IMG/VR virus record: IMGVR_UViG_3300036853_000446
Coordinates: 1 to 64,000 of that record
Length of the DNA stretch: 64,000 nt
Reading direction: 5' to 3' (one strand)
Shown here: one piece after another, positions 23,874 through 32,609 of the stretch
Layout of the letters: every line of letters starts with the position of its first letter
Position numbering within the stretch: the stretch's first letter is position 1
Translations under genes and position numbers: made by a program
The notes under the pieces: model-generated
The model's input: only the letters and a program-made list of their open reading frames with translations
Told to the model about the DNA's origin: nothing
Databases searched by the model: none

Positions 23874-24446
23874 TCAGATGATGTTGCCGAAGCCGCGCCC
23901 CGAACCCGCAAACGGGGCCGAAGGGCCTACGATGGGCTGCGGTAGAACGAGCGACATGAACGTGCTCTCGAGGCCTCGTCCGAGCGCCCGTGCTAGCCGA
24001 GTGCCCACGTCGTTGGTCATGCCAACTGCGGCGAATCCCGCTCGAATTGGCGGAAACGCAGGCGGAGGCTTAAACGTCGCGACCCCTGCCCCTGTTCCTA
24101 CACCGGCGTGCACCGTGTTCGTGAAGCCCTGCGCGTAAAGCGCCACGAGACCGTTCGTCAGGCCCAAGATGAAGGCGGGGGCGAGCACGCCGATGAGCTT
24201 CTGCGCGTGCATCCCTGCCATCAGATTGGCGTAGAGCAGGGGCTGCGCGAGGATGATCGGCACGGGCAGCCCCTTTCCCGTCCCGACCGTCCCCACGTCG
24301 GTCGTGTTGATCGAGATGGTCGGCGTCCAAACGCTCAGACCGATCCCGAGCCCCCTCGCGAGCTTCGGTACCCCGACACCTAACATGGCCGTTGCCACCA
24401 GGTTCGGAATGAGGGTCGCCATCGCTTGCGGAGTCGTGACGGGCAC
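23874..24446 (-). CDS. Hydrophobic Gly/Ala-rich hypothetical protein (spike-tip position), 190 aa
   Basis: GTG start; immediately downstream of the spike gene. Confidence 0.65.
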   Translation of the reverse strand: MPVTTPQAMATLIPNLVATAMLGVGVPKLARGLGIGLSVWTPTISINTTDVGTVGTGKGLPVPIILAQPLLYANLMAGMHAQKLIGVLAPAFILGLTNGLVALYAQGFTNTVHAGVGTGAGVATFKPPPAFPPIRAGFAAVGMTNDVGTRLARALGRGLESTFMSLVLPQPIVGPSAPFAGSGRGFGNII

Positions 24447-24473
24447 GACCCAAACGGCCTATTGAAAGAACCT

Positions 24474-26648
24474 TCACATCGCCCGAACCACGGCGCTGCC
24501 TTGAAGGGGGAGATTGGTGATGTAATCGAGACTCGGCGCCCCGGGCGGAAGGATCGGTAAGCCTCGGACCACGCCCAAGACTGCCACCACGCCCCCGAGC
24601 AGAATTTGCGGGGAAGTAATGCTCACCGCAATCGCGGCGGTCATGTTGATGGCCAGTCCCGCGGTCAGCGAAATGGCTCCCGCAGCGGCGCTCAAAGACA
24701 TCGCGCCCGCTGCCGTCGAGAGGGACACTGCCCCGGCGCCCACGGAGGCAGAAAAGCTCCCCGTGCCCACCACGACAGAGAAGGCTCCCGCCGGGTTATT
24801 GAAGGTCGTTGCTCCCGCCGCCGTCGTATAGGTCGTGGCCCCCGCCGCGACGGTTTGGGTCACCCCACCCGCGAGCACGGTCAGGAGCTTCCCGCCCAAG
24901 GCGACCGTCTCTTGGTACTGCAGGGCGTAGTTGATCTGGGTCTTCCCCGCGATCATCTGATTCATTTCGCCAGCATTGATGCTGACGCCACTGATCGCAT
25001 TGAGATTGTACCGGTCGGCCTCCGTCTTGTAGAGACCGCTGGCCGTGGTAACCCGCGAACCTTCGATCAGAGTCTCTTGTCGTCCGGTTATGGTCGAGCG
25101 CTTGACCCCTCGGATTTCCTCGTCCGAGGCGACGTCATTCTCGTTCGGATTACCGTCGTAGATCGTCTTCACGCCCGAGTGATACTGGACCGTGACGGCA
25201 TTCCCTTTGGCGTCGCGACCGATATCGAGATGCACGCCCCCCTCCAGAGTAATGTGCGCCGAAATGCGGTCGGGCGTCGAGGCCCCGAGGAAAGCCTTGA
25301 GCGCTCCGCCTAAACTCACTTCGGCAGAGATGTTCTTCGATCCGCTCGGATACTCTTCGTTCGTAGAGCCCGGAGCGCTCAGGAACATCTTGCCCTGTTT
25401 GCTCACCGCGAACGTGAAGGCGTTGGCTTCGCCGCGGGTGCCCTCGGGCGGACGGATCCGCAGCATGTAGGCGCCGGCCTGAGTATTGACCTCCGAGTCC
25501 GGACTCGTCGGACGACGGTCGACCGCCTCGAGAGTGAGCTTTCCGAGCCGGTGCGATCTAAAATCGTCGAAGAGCTTCGGCTTCAAGACTTGGGCGTATT
25601 TGCGCTGGCCATCGGTCGAATTGAGGGTGTTGCCGACGAGGGTCCCGTAGACGCGCTCGATATAGGGGAGCCGGCGATCCATCGAGAAGCCGTCGATTTC
25701 CTCCTGCACCTCCTGCGTCAGGTCTGTCGTATGGCTGATTTCCAGCCGGTCCTCGACGAAGGCGTCGGCGCCGCTGTCCGGATCGTCGATGCTTCCGCCG
25801 CGAATCGTGGGCGGGTAGTGAGCCTTGCGACCGTTGGCGAAGGCGACCGCAGGGAAGTTCACCTCATCGTTGAACAGCTCGAGAACCTGCCCGTCCGCGT
25901 TGGCAAACCTAGGTTCTGCGCCCTTGGTCGCCCCGGGCCCTGCCTCCTGCAGCTCGTCGCGCCCATAGTACGGGTGGCTCGATTCCTCGGATCGAAGCGT
26001 TCCGTCACTTTCGAAGATGTCCTCCGGGAGGAAAAACGCGCTACGCCGGAGAGGCCCCGAGATGCGGCGAATCCCCGCTTCGTTCTCCACCCGATGAATC
26101 GACGAGAGGACGCGCGTTCGGTCGATCGCACGCAGCTCGAGCGCGTCTCCCGCCCGGTTCATCGCCCGCACGTCGCTCGTCAAAGTAAATTCGGCGCCCG
26201 CCGACGACATGCCGCCAACCTCTCCCTGCTTCAGATAGAGCCGCTTGAAGCGGGTCGTCTTGCCGAACAGGGCTTCGAATTCCGGCCGCGTGCTTTCGTC
26301 TATCTTGGCTGGATCGTCGGGGGCGATCGGGTCGAATCGCCAGCTGCTTCGGATTGCCGCCGGGAGGTATCCGAGGATGGTTGCCTCGTGCAGCTTGCTC
26401 TGGATGCGACGGTACCCGATAATCGCGAGGGAGTTGACCTCGGGCACGCCACCCCAGAAGCTTCGCGGCCCGTACAAGCCTTGGCTCAGAGGGATCTCGA
26501 ATCGCTCCGACGGGGCGCCCGTCAGGATCTTGAGATCGGCCTTCATGTTGACCTCGTCCACTCGCTGGACGATCGCGATCTTGATGCTGTAATCGTCCCC
26601 GGAGAACTGCGCGCCGGGGGTCTTTCCGATGAGGTCCTTGTTGCTCAT
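24474..26648 (-). CDS. Baseplate central spike (gpV/gp5/VgrG-C-like), 724 aa
   Basis: N-terminal OB-fold-like KIAIVQRVDEVNMKADLK...GVPEVNSLAIIGY; C-terminal Ala/Gly/Ser beta-helix repeats (AGAVSLSTAAGAMSLSAAAGAISLTA); ATGA overlap with the hub gene. Confidence 0.7.
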   Translation of the reverse strand: MSNKDLIGKTPGAQFSGDDYSIKIAIVQRVDEVNMKADLKILTGAPSERFEIPLSQGLYGPRSFWGGVPEVNSLAIIGYRRIQSKLHEATILGYLPAAIRSSWRFDPIAPDDPAKIDESTRPEFEALFGKTTRFKRLYLKQGEVGGMSSAGAEFTLTSDVRAMNRAGDALELRAIDRTRVLSSIHRVENEAGIRRISGPLRRSAFFLPEDIFESDGTLRSEESSHPYYGRDELQEAGPGATKGAEPRFANADGQVLELFNDEVNFPAVAFANGRKAHYPPTIRGGSIDDPDSGADAFVEDRLEISHTTDLTQEVQEEIDGFSMDRRLPYIERVYGTLVGNTLNSTDGQRKYAQVLKPKLFDDFRSHRLGKLTLEAVDRRPTSPDSEVNTQAGAYMLRIRPPEGTRGEANAFTFAVSKQGKMFLSAPGSTNEEYPSGSKNISAEVSLGGALKAFLGASTPDRISAHITLEGGVHLDIGRDAKGNAVTVQYHSGVKTIYDGNPNENDVASDEEIRGVKRSTITGRQETLIEGSRVTTASGLYKTEADRYNLNAISGVSINAGEMNQMIAGKTQINYALQYQETVALGGKLLTVLAGGVTQTVAAGATTYTTAAGATTFNNPAGAFSVVVGTGSFSASVGAGAVSLSTAAGAMSLSAAAGAISLTAGLAINMTAAIAVSITSPQILLGGVVAVLGVVRGLPILPPGAPSLDYITNLPLQGSAVVRAM

Positions 26649-29600
26649 GGCGTCCGCTCGAGCTGCCGAAGCTTGGCGTTGGCATTGTCCCGCTGCTGGG
26701 CAGTTTTGACCCGCTCGGCCTGCAGGTTAGCGAGGCTCTCGCCGACGTCGATTTTGCCGTGCACTCCTACGACAAGGCTCTTCGAGTCGCGAGCGGCGAT
26801 GAGGCGCCGCTCCTCGGCGTCCAGACTGCGAATCTTTTCGTTTGCCTGGTCGATCTGACGGTTCAGCGCCGCGCGCTTCGGCTCGCGCCGAAGATTGTCG
26901 CCAAAGGCCTTCCAGGACCGTGGGATATCGCTGACGGCCGTGCTCCCCTGCAAAGCCAAGGCTCTGGGGTCCCCGCCTATGGCGCGACTGGAGACCGAAA
27001 ACGGCGGACTGAACGGGCTCGGCGGAGTCTGGTTCTCGTCGCTGGAAATTATTGTCGCACGGTCTGGCCCGCGAATGAGCTGACCGCGGAGAGCCTTCTC
27101 GTACTCCTGGTGGGGGGCATCGAGCACCTCGTACAAGTTCGCGAGAAAGGTTTCGACCTTCGAGATGGTCTGCCCCAGATTTAGCGTCGTTGAGTGTGAG
27201 ACCGGCGAGTTGAGGTCGAGACTCGACAGGCTCGCGAATGGGTCATCGTCCCCCGTGACCTTTACCTTCTGAGCTTTGAAAAGCTCAATCTGAGCGAGAA
27301 TCTCCACCTCCTCCTTGGCCAAAGGCGCGTCTATTCCTTGGGCAACAACCAACGGATCATTCGCCGTGAGGGCTGCCAGCCTCCGCACTTCGACGAGCTG
27401 CTCGTTCAGTTCGACGAGTTGTCGACCCACCACCGTCGAGGCATTGCTCGACCGGTCAGCGGCCGTGCCCTTCAAGAATTCGACCTGGTAGCCCACGTTC
27501 ATGAACGCAAGCTCGGCTCTGCCAAGCAAACAAGCGCATTGCTGGTCCGCCCCGCCATCGTCCTTCAACTTCATGCCCATCTCGGCAATGGTGAGCGCTC
27601 GCGAGAGCTGAGAAACCTCGACGCTGGCGGGACGCCCCCGATTGACCGGTGAGTTGAGCGGTGCCGTATCGATAAAATTGAGCCCCGTACCCATGAAAGT
27701 CGGCGTTGGCGTTTCGGGATTGATAGCCGTTTCGAGATCCCCCGGCGCCATCCCCGCCACCGCATCGGCAATGTTCCCATAGGCAGAAGCGGTCAAGGTC
27801 GTCAGCCCATGTGACTGGGCCTGAAGCATGGGAAATAGGCCACCAGCGAGCGCAAGCTGCGTGTCGATGACCGATTTAGTGTTCCCCTGGTCGCCATTCA
27901 AAACGAGGGACCCGTCTCGCAGCGCGATGCCTCGCCCATAGAGGTGGTGTCCGACGACCTCAAAACCGCGTTCGTCAGAGACCGGTCGGATTGTTGCCGT
28001 GCCGTGCGCGTTGGACAAAGCCGCACCGGTGTCGGACGAGACCTCGATGCTGGTGATGGGCAGCTGGACGATTTCCTGGAGAACCCGCGTCTTGTTCCCG
28101 CCCGCCTTATCGCCACTCAACATCTCGTAAACGTACGTGTAGACGCCCGCGGAGGTCATGCCGTAGATGTATCGACCGTCGAGGTGCCGGTCGATCAGAT
28201 CGCGGGTCTGGTTCTGGACGAGTCCCGCCTCGAGGTTCTTGCGATTCTCATTAGCTGCGGTCACGTCCCGAGTCTTTGAAGGTTTACTTGGCGAAGTCTT
28301 CTCACCCGCATTCAATTTGAAAGTCGCGGTGTCCGGCTTGTAAGGCCGCGTGTAGACCATGTTCACGTTGGGGTAACCGACGATACGCCCTGTCTTCGGA
28401 TGCCGCAGGACGAGGGGCTCGTAGGGGTCTTGGGTAAACGTTCCAGCCTGTTGGTTCGTCGGCGGAGTTTCCGCCGCTAGACCGATGTGCACATTGAAAT
28501 GGCCGAATTGCGAGAGTTCGTTTGCCGTCGGCTTCGACCGCAAAACGAGAGGCACGGACGACTCCACAGAGGTTGCTTTGCCAGAGTTTGCCTTGTCAAC
28601 CGCGGCACTTGCGGTCTTCGGCGGTTTCGGTCTTTCGACCTTGGTGAGCTGGATGCTGCCGATTCCCTTGGGCGCTATGAACTTGCCACGTCGTGCCGTC
28701 AGGGTGAGCTGCGTCTGGGCACGGCCGCCGAACGACAAGCTGTGGCTGATGCCGCTCAGGTACCAGATCTGATCCTTCGGAGCGAGATAGACCGGAAACC
28801 CGAGCCGTAGCTCAGGTCGCATGGGAATGGTCACCGTAGCCCGGTGCCTGTGGGCGTTGATTCTGTCGAGCATGTCCAAGCCGGCATAAAACATCGCCTC
28901 GCCGTTGCTGAGATACTCGGCGTTCATGCTCTGCACGCGCCAGCCGTATTGCCGAAGCAGGTGGTAGTCCGTCACCTGACTGACCGGCGTGTTAAAATCC
29001 GACGTTACCGAGTGGTCCATCGCACCGCCGTCGTACGTCCCGCTCATTTGGAGCTGTGTGATAACCTCTGCTTCCGACTCGGAGATGTTCCAATCGATGA
29101 TGTCGATGTCTTGAATCCACGACACAGGCTTATTGCTCAACGTGTCGAGGTTGTAAAATGGTGGCTTGAAGACGATGTCTCCCGTCGCGTCCATAAAGAA
29201 CTCGAAGCCCACCGCCTCTTTTGCAACGTTGGCAAGCTCGAGTTTGGTCTGAAACTCGCTTTGCCACATGTTCGGGGGGCCGGCATTCGAGATGTTTGAG
29301 CGGAACGCATACACACTCGAAGCAGGATCGAAGAAGGCTTGACTCGAAGCCTCGCCGCCATTGGCATTCCGCACAGCCGTCGACGCGACTTTATTCCCAC
29401 CCGGCTTCGTGCCCGACGGTTGACTCGCGAAGATGGCATCGCCCCGCACGGCAGCGCCCTCCATTCCATAGAGCAGGAGGTTACTGCGCATCTGGCCGAA
29501 CCGTGCGTTCCAATAGGCCGTTATGTCGCCACGAAGGGCATTGAAGGTCCCAGGGGATTGCGCCTCCCGAGTCGTGCTCACGAGCGAGCCTTGTGCTTGA

Positions 29601-30175
29601 ACGACGTCGCCCATCGACTGTTGCGCCAGGCTCCAGATGATGTCGTAAACATTGGCACCATGGAAGACGTTACCCGTATTGGTGTCCCTCCCCATCTGTC
29701 CCCCAGTCTGCGTGAATGCGGGATTAATGTTCATCTTGGAGAGTTCCCACCACTTTAGGATATCAGCACAGCTGATGCTGACGGTATGCTCGCCCGAAGA
29801 ATAGTTGTCCGAGACCTCGGTGATGAGCCCCCAAAAGATGGGATAATACTGAGGCATCCCACCAACGAGATAGTAGCCCTTGGCATAAATCTCGATTTCC
29901 ATCATGGGAATGACCACTGCGACGCCATCAACGAAGAAATCATCAACGGAATGCTGCGGGATGCTCAGGTTAATACTGGCCGAACCCGGAGCACTGTCGA
30001 CGTTCAAGTCGACTTGAACGCTCGTGACGTATTTGTTGAAATCGAAGCGCCGCCGACAGTTGGAACACGCGGTGAGGTCAGGACGCCCGTTGATGTAGAC
30101 GAGCGCGTCTGGCGCCGTGACCACCGTCGGTCGGCTACCTTGCTGCCAGGTTCCTTGAAAGGGCCCGCGAGCCAT
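26645..30175 (-). CDS. Baseplate hub protein (gp27/gp44/VgrG-N-like), 1176 aa
   Basis: VTSVQVDLNVDSAPGSASINL; FEFFMDATGDIVFKPPFYN; ATVTIPMRPELRLGFPVY; WYLSGISHSLSFGG...TQLTL are hub-type elements; position fits. Confidence 0.75.
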   Translation of the reverse strand: MARGPFQGTWQQGSRPTVVTAPDALVYINGRPDLTACSNCRRRFDFNKYVTSVQVDLNVDSAPGSASINLSIPQHSVDDFFVDGVAVVIPMMEIEIYAKGYYLVGGMPQYYPIFWGLITEVSDNYSSGEHTVSISCADILKWWELSKMNINPAFTQTGGQMGRDTNTGNVFHGANVYDIIWSLAQQSMGDVVQAQGSLVSTTREAQSPGTFNALRGDITAYWNARFGQMRSNLLLYGMEGAAVRGDAIFASQPSGTKPGGNKVASTAVRNANGGEASSQAFFDPASSVYAFRSNISNAGPPNMWQSEFQTKLELANVAKEAVGFEFFMDATGDIVFKPPFYNLDTLSNKPVSWIQDIDIIDWNISESEAEVITQLQMSGTYDGGAMDHSVTSDFNTPVSQVTDYHLLRQYGWRVQSMNAEYLSNGEAMFYAGLDMLDRINAHRHRATVTIPMRPELRLGFPVYLAPKDQIWYLSGISHSLSFGGRAQTQLTLTARRGKFIAPKGIGSIQLTKVERPKPPKTASAAVDKANSGKATSVESSVPLVLRSKPTANELSQFGHFNVHIGLAAETPPTNQQAGTFTQDPYEPLVLRHPKTGRIVGYPNVNMVYTRPYKPDTATFKLNAGEKTSPSKPSKTRDVTAANENRKNLEAGLVQNQTRDLIDRHLDGRYIYGMTSAGVYTYVYEMLSGDKAGGNKTRVLQEIVQLPITSIEVSSDTGAALSNAHGTATIRPVSDERGFEVVGHHLYGRGIALRDGSLVLNGDQGNTKSVIDTQLALAGGLFPMLQAQSHGLTTLTASAYGNIADAVAGMAPGDLETAINPETPTPTFMGTGLNFIDTAPLNSPVNRGRPASVEVSQLSRALTIAEMGMKLKDDGGADQQCACLLGRAELAFMNVGYQVEFLKGTAADRSSNASTVVGRQLVELNEQLVEVRRLAALTANDPLVVAQGIDAPLAKEEVEILAQIELFKAQKVKVTGDDDPFASLSSLDLNSPVSHSTTLNLGQTISKVETFLANLYEVLDAPHQEYEKALRGQLIRGPDRATIISSDENQTPPSPFSPPFSVSSRAIGGDPRALALQGSTAVSDIPRSWKAFGDNLRREPKRAALNRQIDQANEKIRSLDAEERRLIAARDSKSLVVGVHGKIDVGESLANLQAERVKTAQQRDNANAKLRQLERTP

Positions 30176-30176
30176 T

Positions 30177-31964
30177 CTACGGATTCCTCGTGCCCGCTGC
30201 CGCTAACACGAAATCCGCGGCGGCATTCAGCGTCGCTTGGACAGCGTTCGCGTTTACGACGCTGCCGCCAAAAGCCGCGACATCGGCAGAGGCCGCGACA
30301 TCGACAATGCTGGCTATCGAAGTGTCCTGTGACTGCGTGGGCAACCCGGCCCGGCCGCCTTTGAATGCGACCGCGTCGCCGTAGGTGAAATCAGGCGGCA
30401 AGTCGAGAAGGAATGCCGCACGCACCGTAAACTCGAAATCGTACTCGACCGTGAACGGCTTCATATCGGTCTCTCGCACATTGAGCGAGTCGAAGCTTCC
30501 GATGTAGAGAATGTTGTCATAGAACAAATAGACCGACCCGACCGTCGTGAGCAGGAGGTCGCGGTCCGTTTGGCTCACGTCCGACAGGTACATCCCGCCG
30601 TTGTTGCGATAGAGCAGGTAAAGCGATTGGAAATTCTGCCAGCCCATGCTGACGTTGCGCGCGTGCCGGGTAAGCCCAGGCCCTCCGCGGCCGAGCCCCG
30701 GGGCGGCATCAATGGCGTAGAAAGCCGCCACCTGTCCGGAGCCGGAGATCTTGTCCTGGTCATCGCCCCAGTATTCGATGATGGGCCCCTTCCGACCCCA
30801 GTTGCCATCGCTCGCGATCTTCTGCGATTTGACGCTGAAGCTGTTGGGATTGACGAGCAGACGCAACGGCGGTGTGTTCTGCATGTCCTGCAATGCGGCC
30901 TTAATGGCCTTGCGGTAACTGAACTGGCTGGCCGAGTAGTCGAGCTGTGTGAGGTCGGCTTGGCGCGCGAGTCCTCGTCTGAATGCGTTTGCATTCTGCG
31001 AGCCATAACCTGCAAAACCGGATGAATCGGCATCGGCGGCTAACGGAACGGGCTGAGCAGGATCCAGGACCCGGCGATCGAAACTCTGTCTCTCGATTGA
31101 ACGTCGAGCGACCTGCCAAGCCGATACGACCTTTCCCTCCTTGCCTTTGACGCGGACCTTGTTGAAGGCATCAAATTCGGCGCTGGCACCGCCGAAATCT
31201 CCCGCGTTGAGCTTCTTGGCGAGTGTACTCCGGGCGAATGCTCCACCACCGATGTTGAAGGCGAGGCTGACCATGGCGTCGAACTGTCCCTGGGTAACAG
31301 GCACCTTAATTGTGTTGGCCACAGCCCTCTCGAACGTATCAACGTCGGCACGAAACGCCGCATCTACCTGCTCTTGCGTCCAGACTAGATCTTCCGTGAC
31401 CTCAGGCCCTGTGTGACCGATGCCGATCGTCAGCACGCCCCCAGAATCCTGGTAGGCCTTCAGCCTGTTACCTTCAAATTTCGCAATGAGTCCCTTCCCA
31501 ACTGAAGAGATCTGACGTGGGACGATGAACTCTTCTGTATCCGCGCGGGCGATCGCTGCCTCAGCTTCGGCGGTTTGGGCGTCGCCCGTCAGATTGGAGA
31601 TTACGCCCGACCTGTCGAGACGTTGGCTCTCATCCATCTGGATGTTCGGAGGAAGAATCCCGATCGCGAAGAGCGTCGGGTTGCGCCCCCTCGAGGGGAT
31701 GGCTGACATCGGAATGAAGCCTGCGGCAGCAGGGTCAGCCGTCAGCGAGAGGTCACGATAGAAAGTGAGCAGTCCCGGCACGTCGTTCCCGCCCTTCGAG
31801 CTGAAGGCGTAGACGGCAGGCTCATAATAGTTCGCCGAAGTCGAGATCTGCTGGCTGATTGACGCCGGAACCGCCTCGCTCGCAGTGCCTTGGCTGGGCG
31901 TGGGCGCCATGAGGGCACTGAAGCCCTGCCCCACCAACTTCGCTCGCTGTCTCGGCGTGCTCAT
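30177..31964 (-). CDS. Tube-initiator-like baseplate protein fused to a GH24 (T4/P21-type) lysozyme, 595 aa
   Basis: FEGNRLKAYQDSGGVLTIGIGH gives E-x8-D-x5-T (codons at 31473, 31446, 31428); TQGQFDAMVSLAFNIG follows; C-terminal half is paralogous to the neighbouring 213-aa gene. Confidence 0.85.
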   Translation of the reverse strand: MSTPRQRAKLVGQGFSALMAPTPSQGTASEAVPASISQQISTSANYYEPAVYAFSSKGGNDVPGLLTFYRDLSLTADPAAAGFIPMSAIPSRGRNPTLFAIGILPPNIQMDESQRLDRSGVISNLTGDAQTAEAEAAIARADTEEFIVPRQISSVGKGLIAKFEGNRLKAYQDSGGVLTIGIGHTGPEVTEDLVWTQEQVDAAFRADVDTFERAVANTIKVPVTQGQFDAMVSLAFNIGGGAFARSTLAKKLNAGDFGGASAEFDAFNKVRVKGKEGKVVSAWQVARRSIERQSFDRRVLDPAQPVPLAADADSSGFAGYGSQNANAFRRGLARQADLTQLDYSASQFSYRKAIKAALQDMQNTPPLRLLVNPNSFSVKSQKIASDGNWGRKGPIIEYWGDDQDKISGSGQVAAFYAIDAAPGLGRGGPGLTRHARNVSMGWQNFQSLYLLYRNNGGMYLSDVSQTDRDLLLTTVGSVYLFYDNILYIGSFDSLNVRETDMKPFTVEYDFEFTVRAAFLLDLPPDFTYGDAVAFKGGRAGLPTQSQDTSIASIVDVAASADVAAFGGSVVNANAVQATLNAAADFVLAAAGTRNP

Positions 31965-31967
31965 GCG

Positions 31968-32609
31968 TCAGGGTGATGTAACGTTGAGACCCTGAAAGCT
32001 GGGACTTGGGCTAGCAGGGCGCTGACCGTTTGCCATCTGAAGGATCGTGTTCTCGATTTTGAAACTCCAGTTGAGCGTAAAGGCGAACGGGCTCGAGTCT
32101 GTCTCTGCCATCTCGAAAGACCGAAATCCACCGATGTACGTGCCTCGATCGTACATGAGGAGGACGTGTCCGCTCAGCACGATCTTGCCGAACGGATCGT
32201 ACACGGCGCCGTTGTTGTGGTAGAGATCATGAAGATCCCGGTAGCGGTCCCAGGCGATTGTCCTTTGCCGTAGGACCGAGCTGAGCCCGGTGTATAGATT
32301 GACAAACGCGCCCGTAGAACCGTCGGCGGACACTTCGACCAGTTCATCGCCCCAGTGCTGCTCGACCCAGCCGCCTCTTGTCTGAAAGCGCTCGACCTTC
32401 TTCGTGTTGGTCTCGCTCAGATTCGCCGGGTTGACGTGCATCACGAGAGCGTGCGGCAAGAGCACCTTCTGTTTGTCGAACGGGCTCGTGATCTGAAAGG
32501 CGAGCGGAATAGCGCCCTTCTTACGCTCAAGCGGATGGAGGTATCCCGTCTCGCTGCCGAACCGTGGCACCGCCTGGAAATCTGGGTTGGCTGAAGGGAT
32601 TGTCGGCAT
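31968..32609 (-). CDS. Tube-initiator / gp54-gp48-like baseplate protein, 213 aa
   Basis: VNPANLSETNTKKVERFQTRGGWVEQHWGDELVEVSADG; directly after the tape measure gene (TGATG overlap). Confidence 0.6.
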   Translation of the reverse strand: MPTIPSANPDFQAVPRFGSETGYLHPLERKKGAIPLAFQITSPFDKQKVLLPHALVMHVNPANLSETNTKKVERFQTRGGWVEQHWGDELVEVSADGSTGAFVNLYTGLSSVLRQRTIAWDRYRDLHDLYHNNGAVYDPFGKIVLSGHVLLMYDRGTYIGGFRSFEMAETDSSPFAFTLNWSFKIENTILQMANGQRPASPSPSFQGLNVTSP

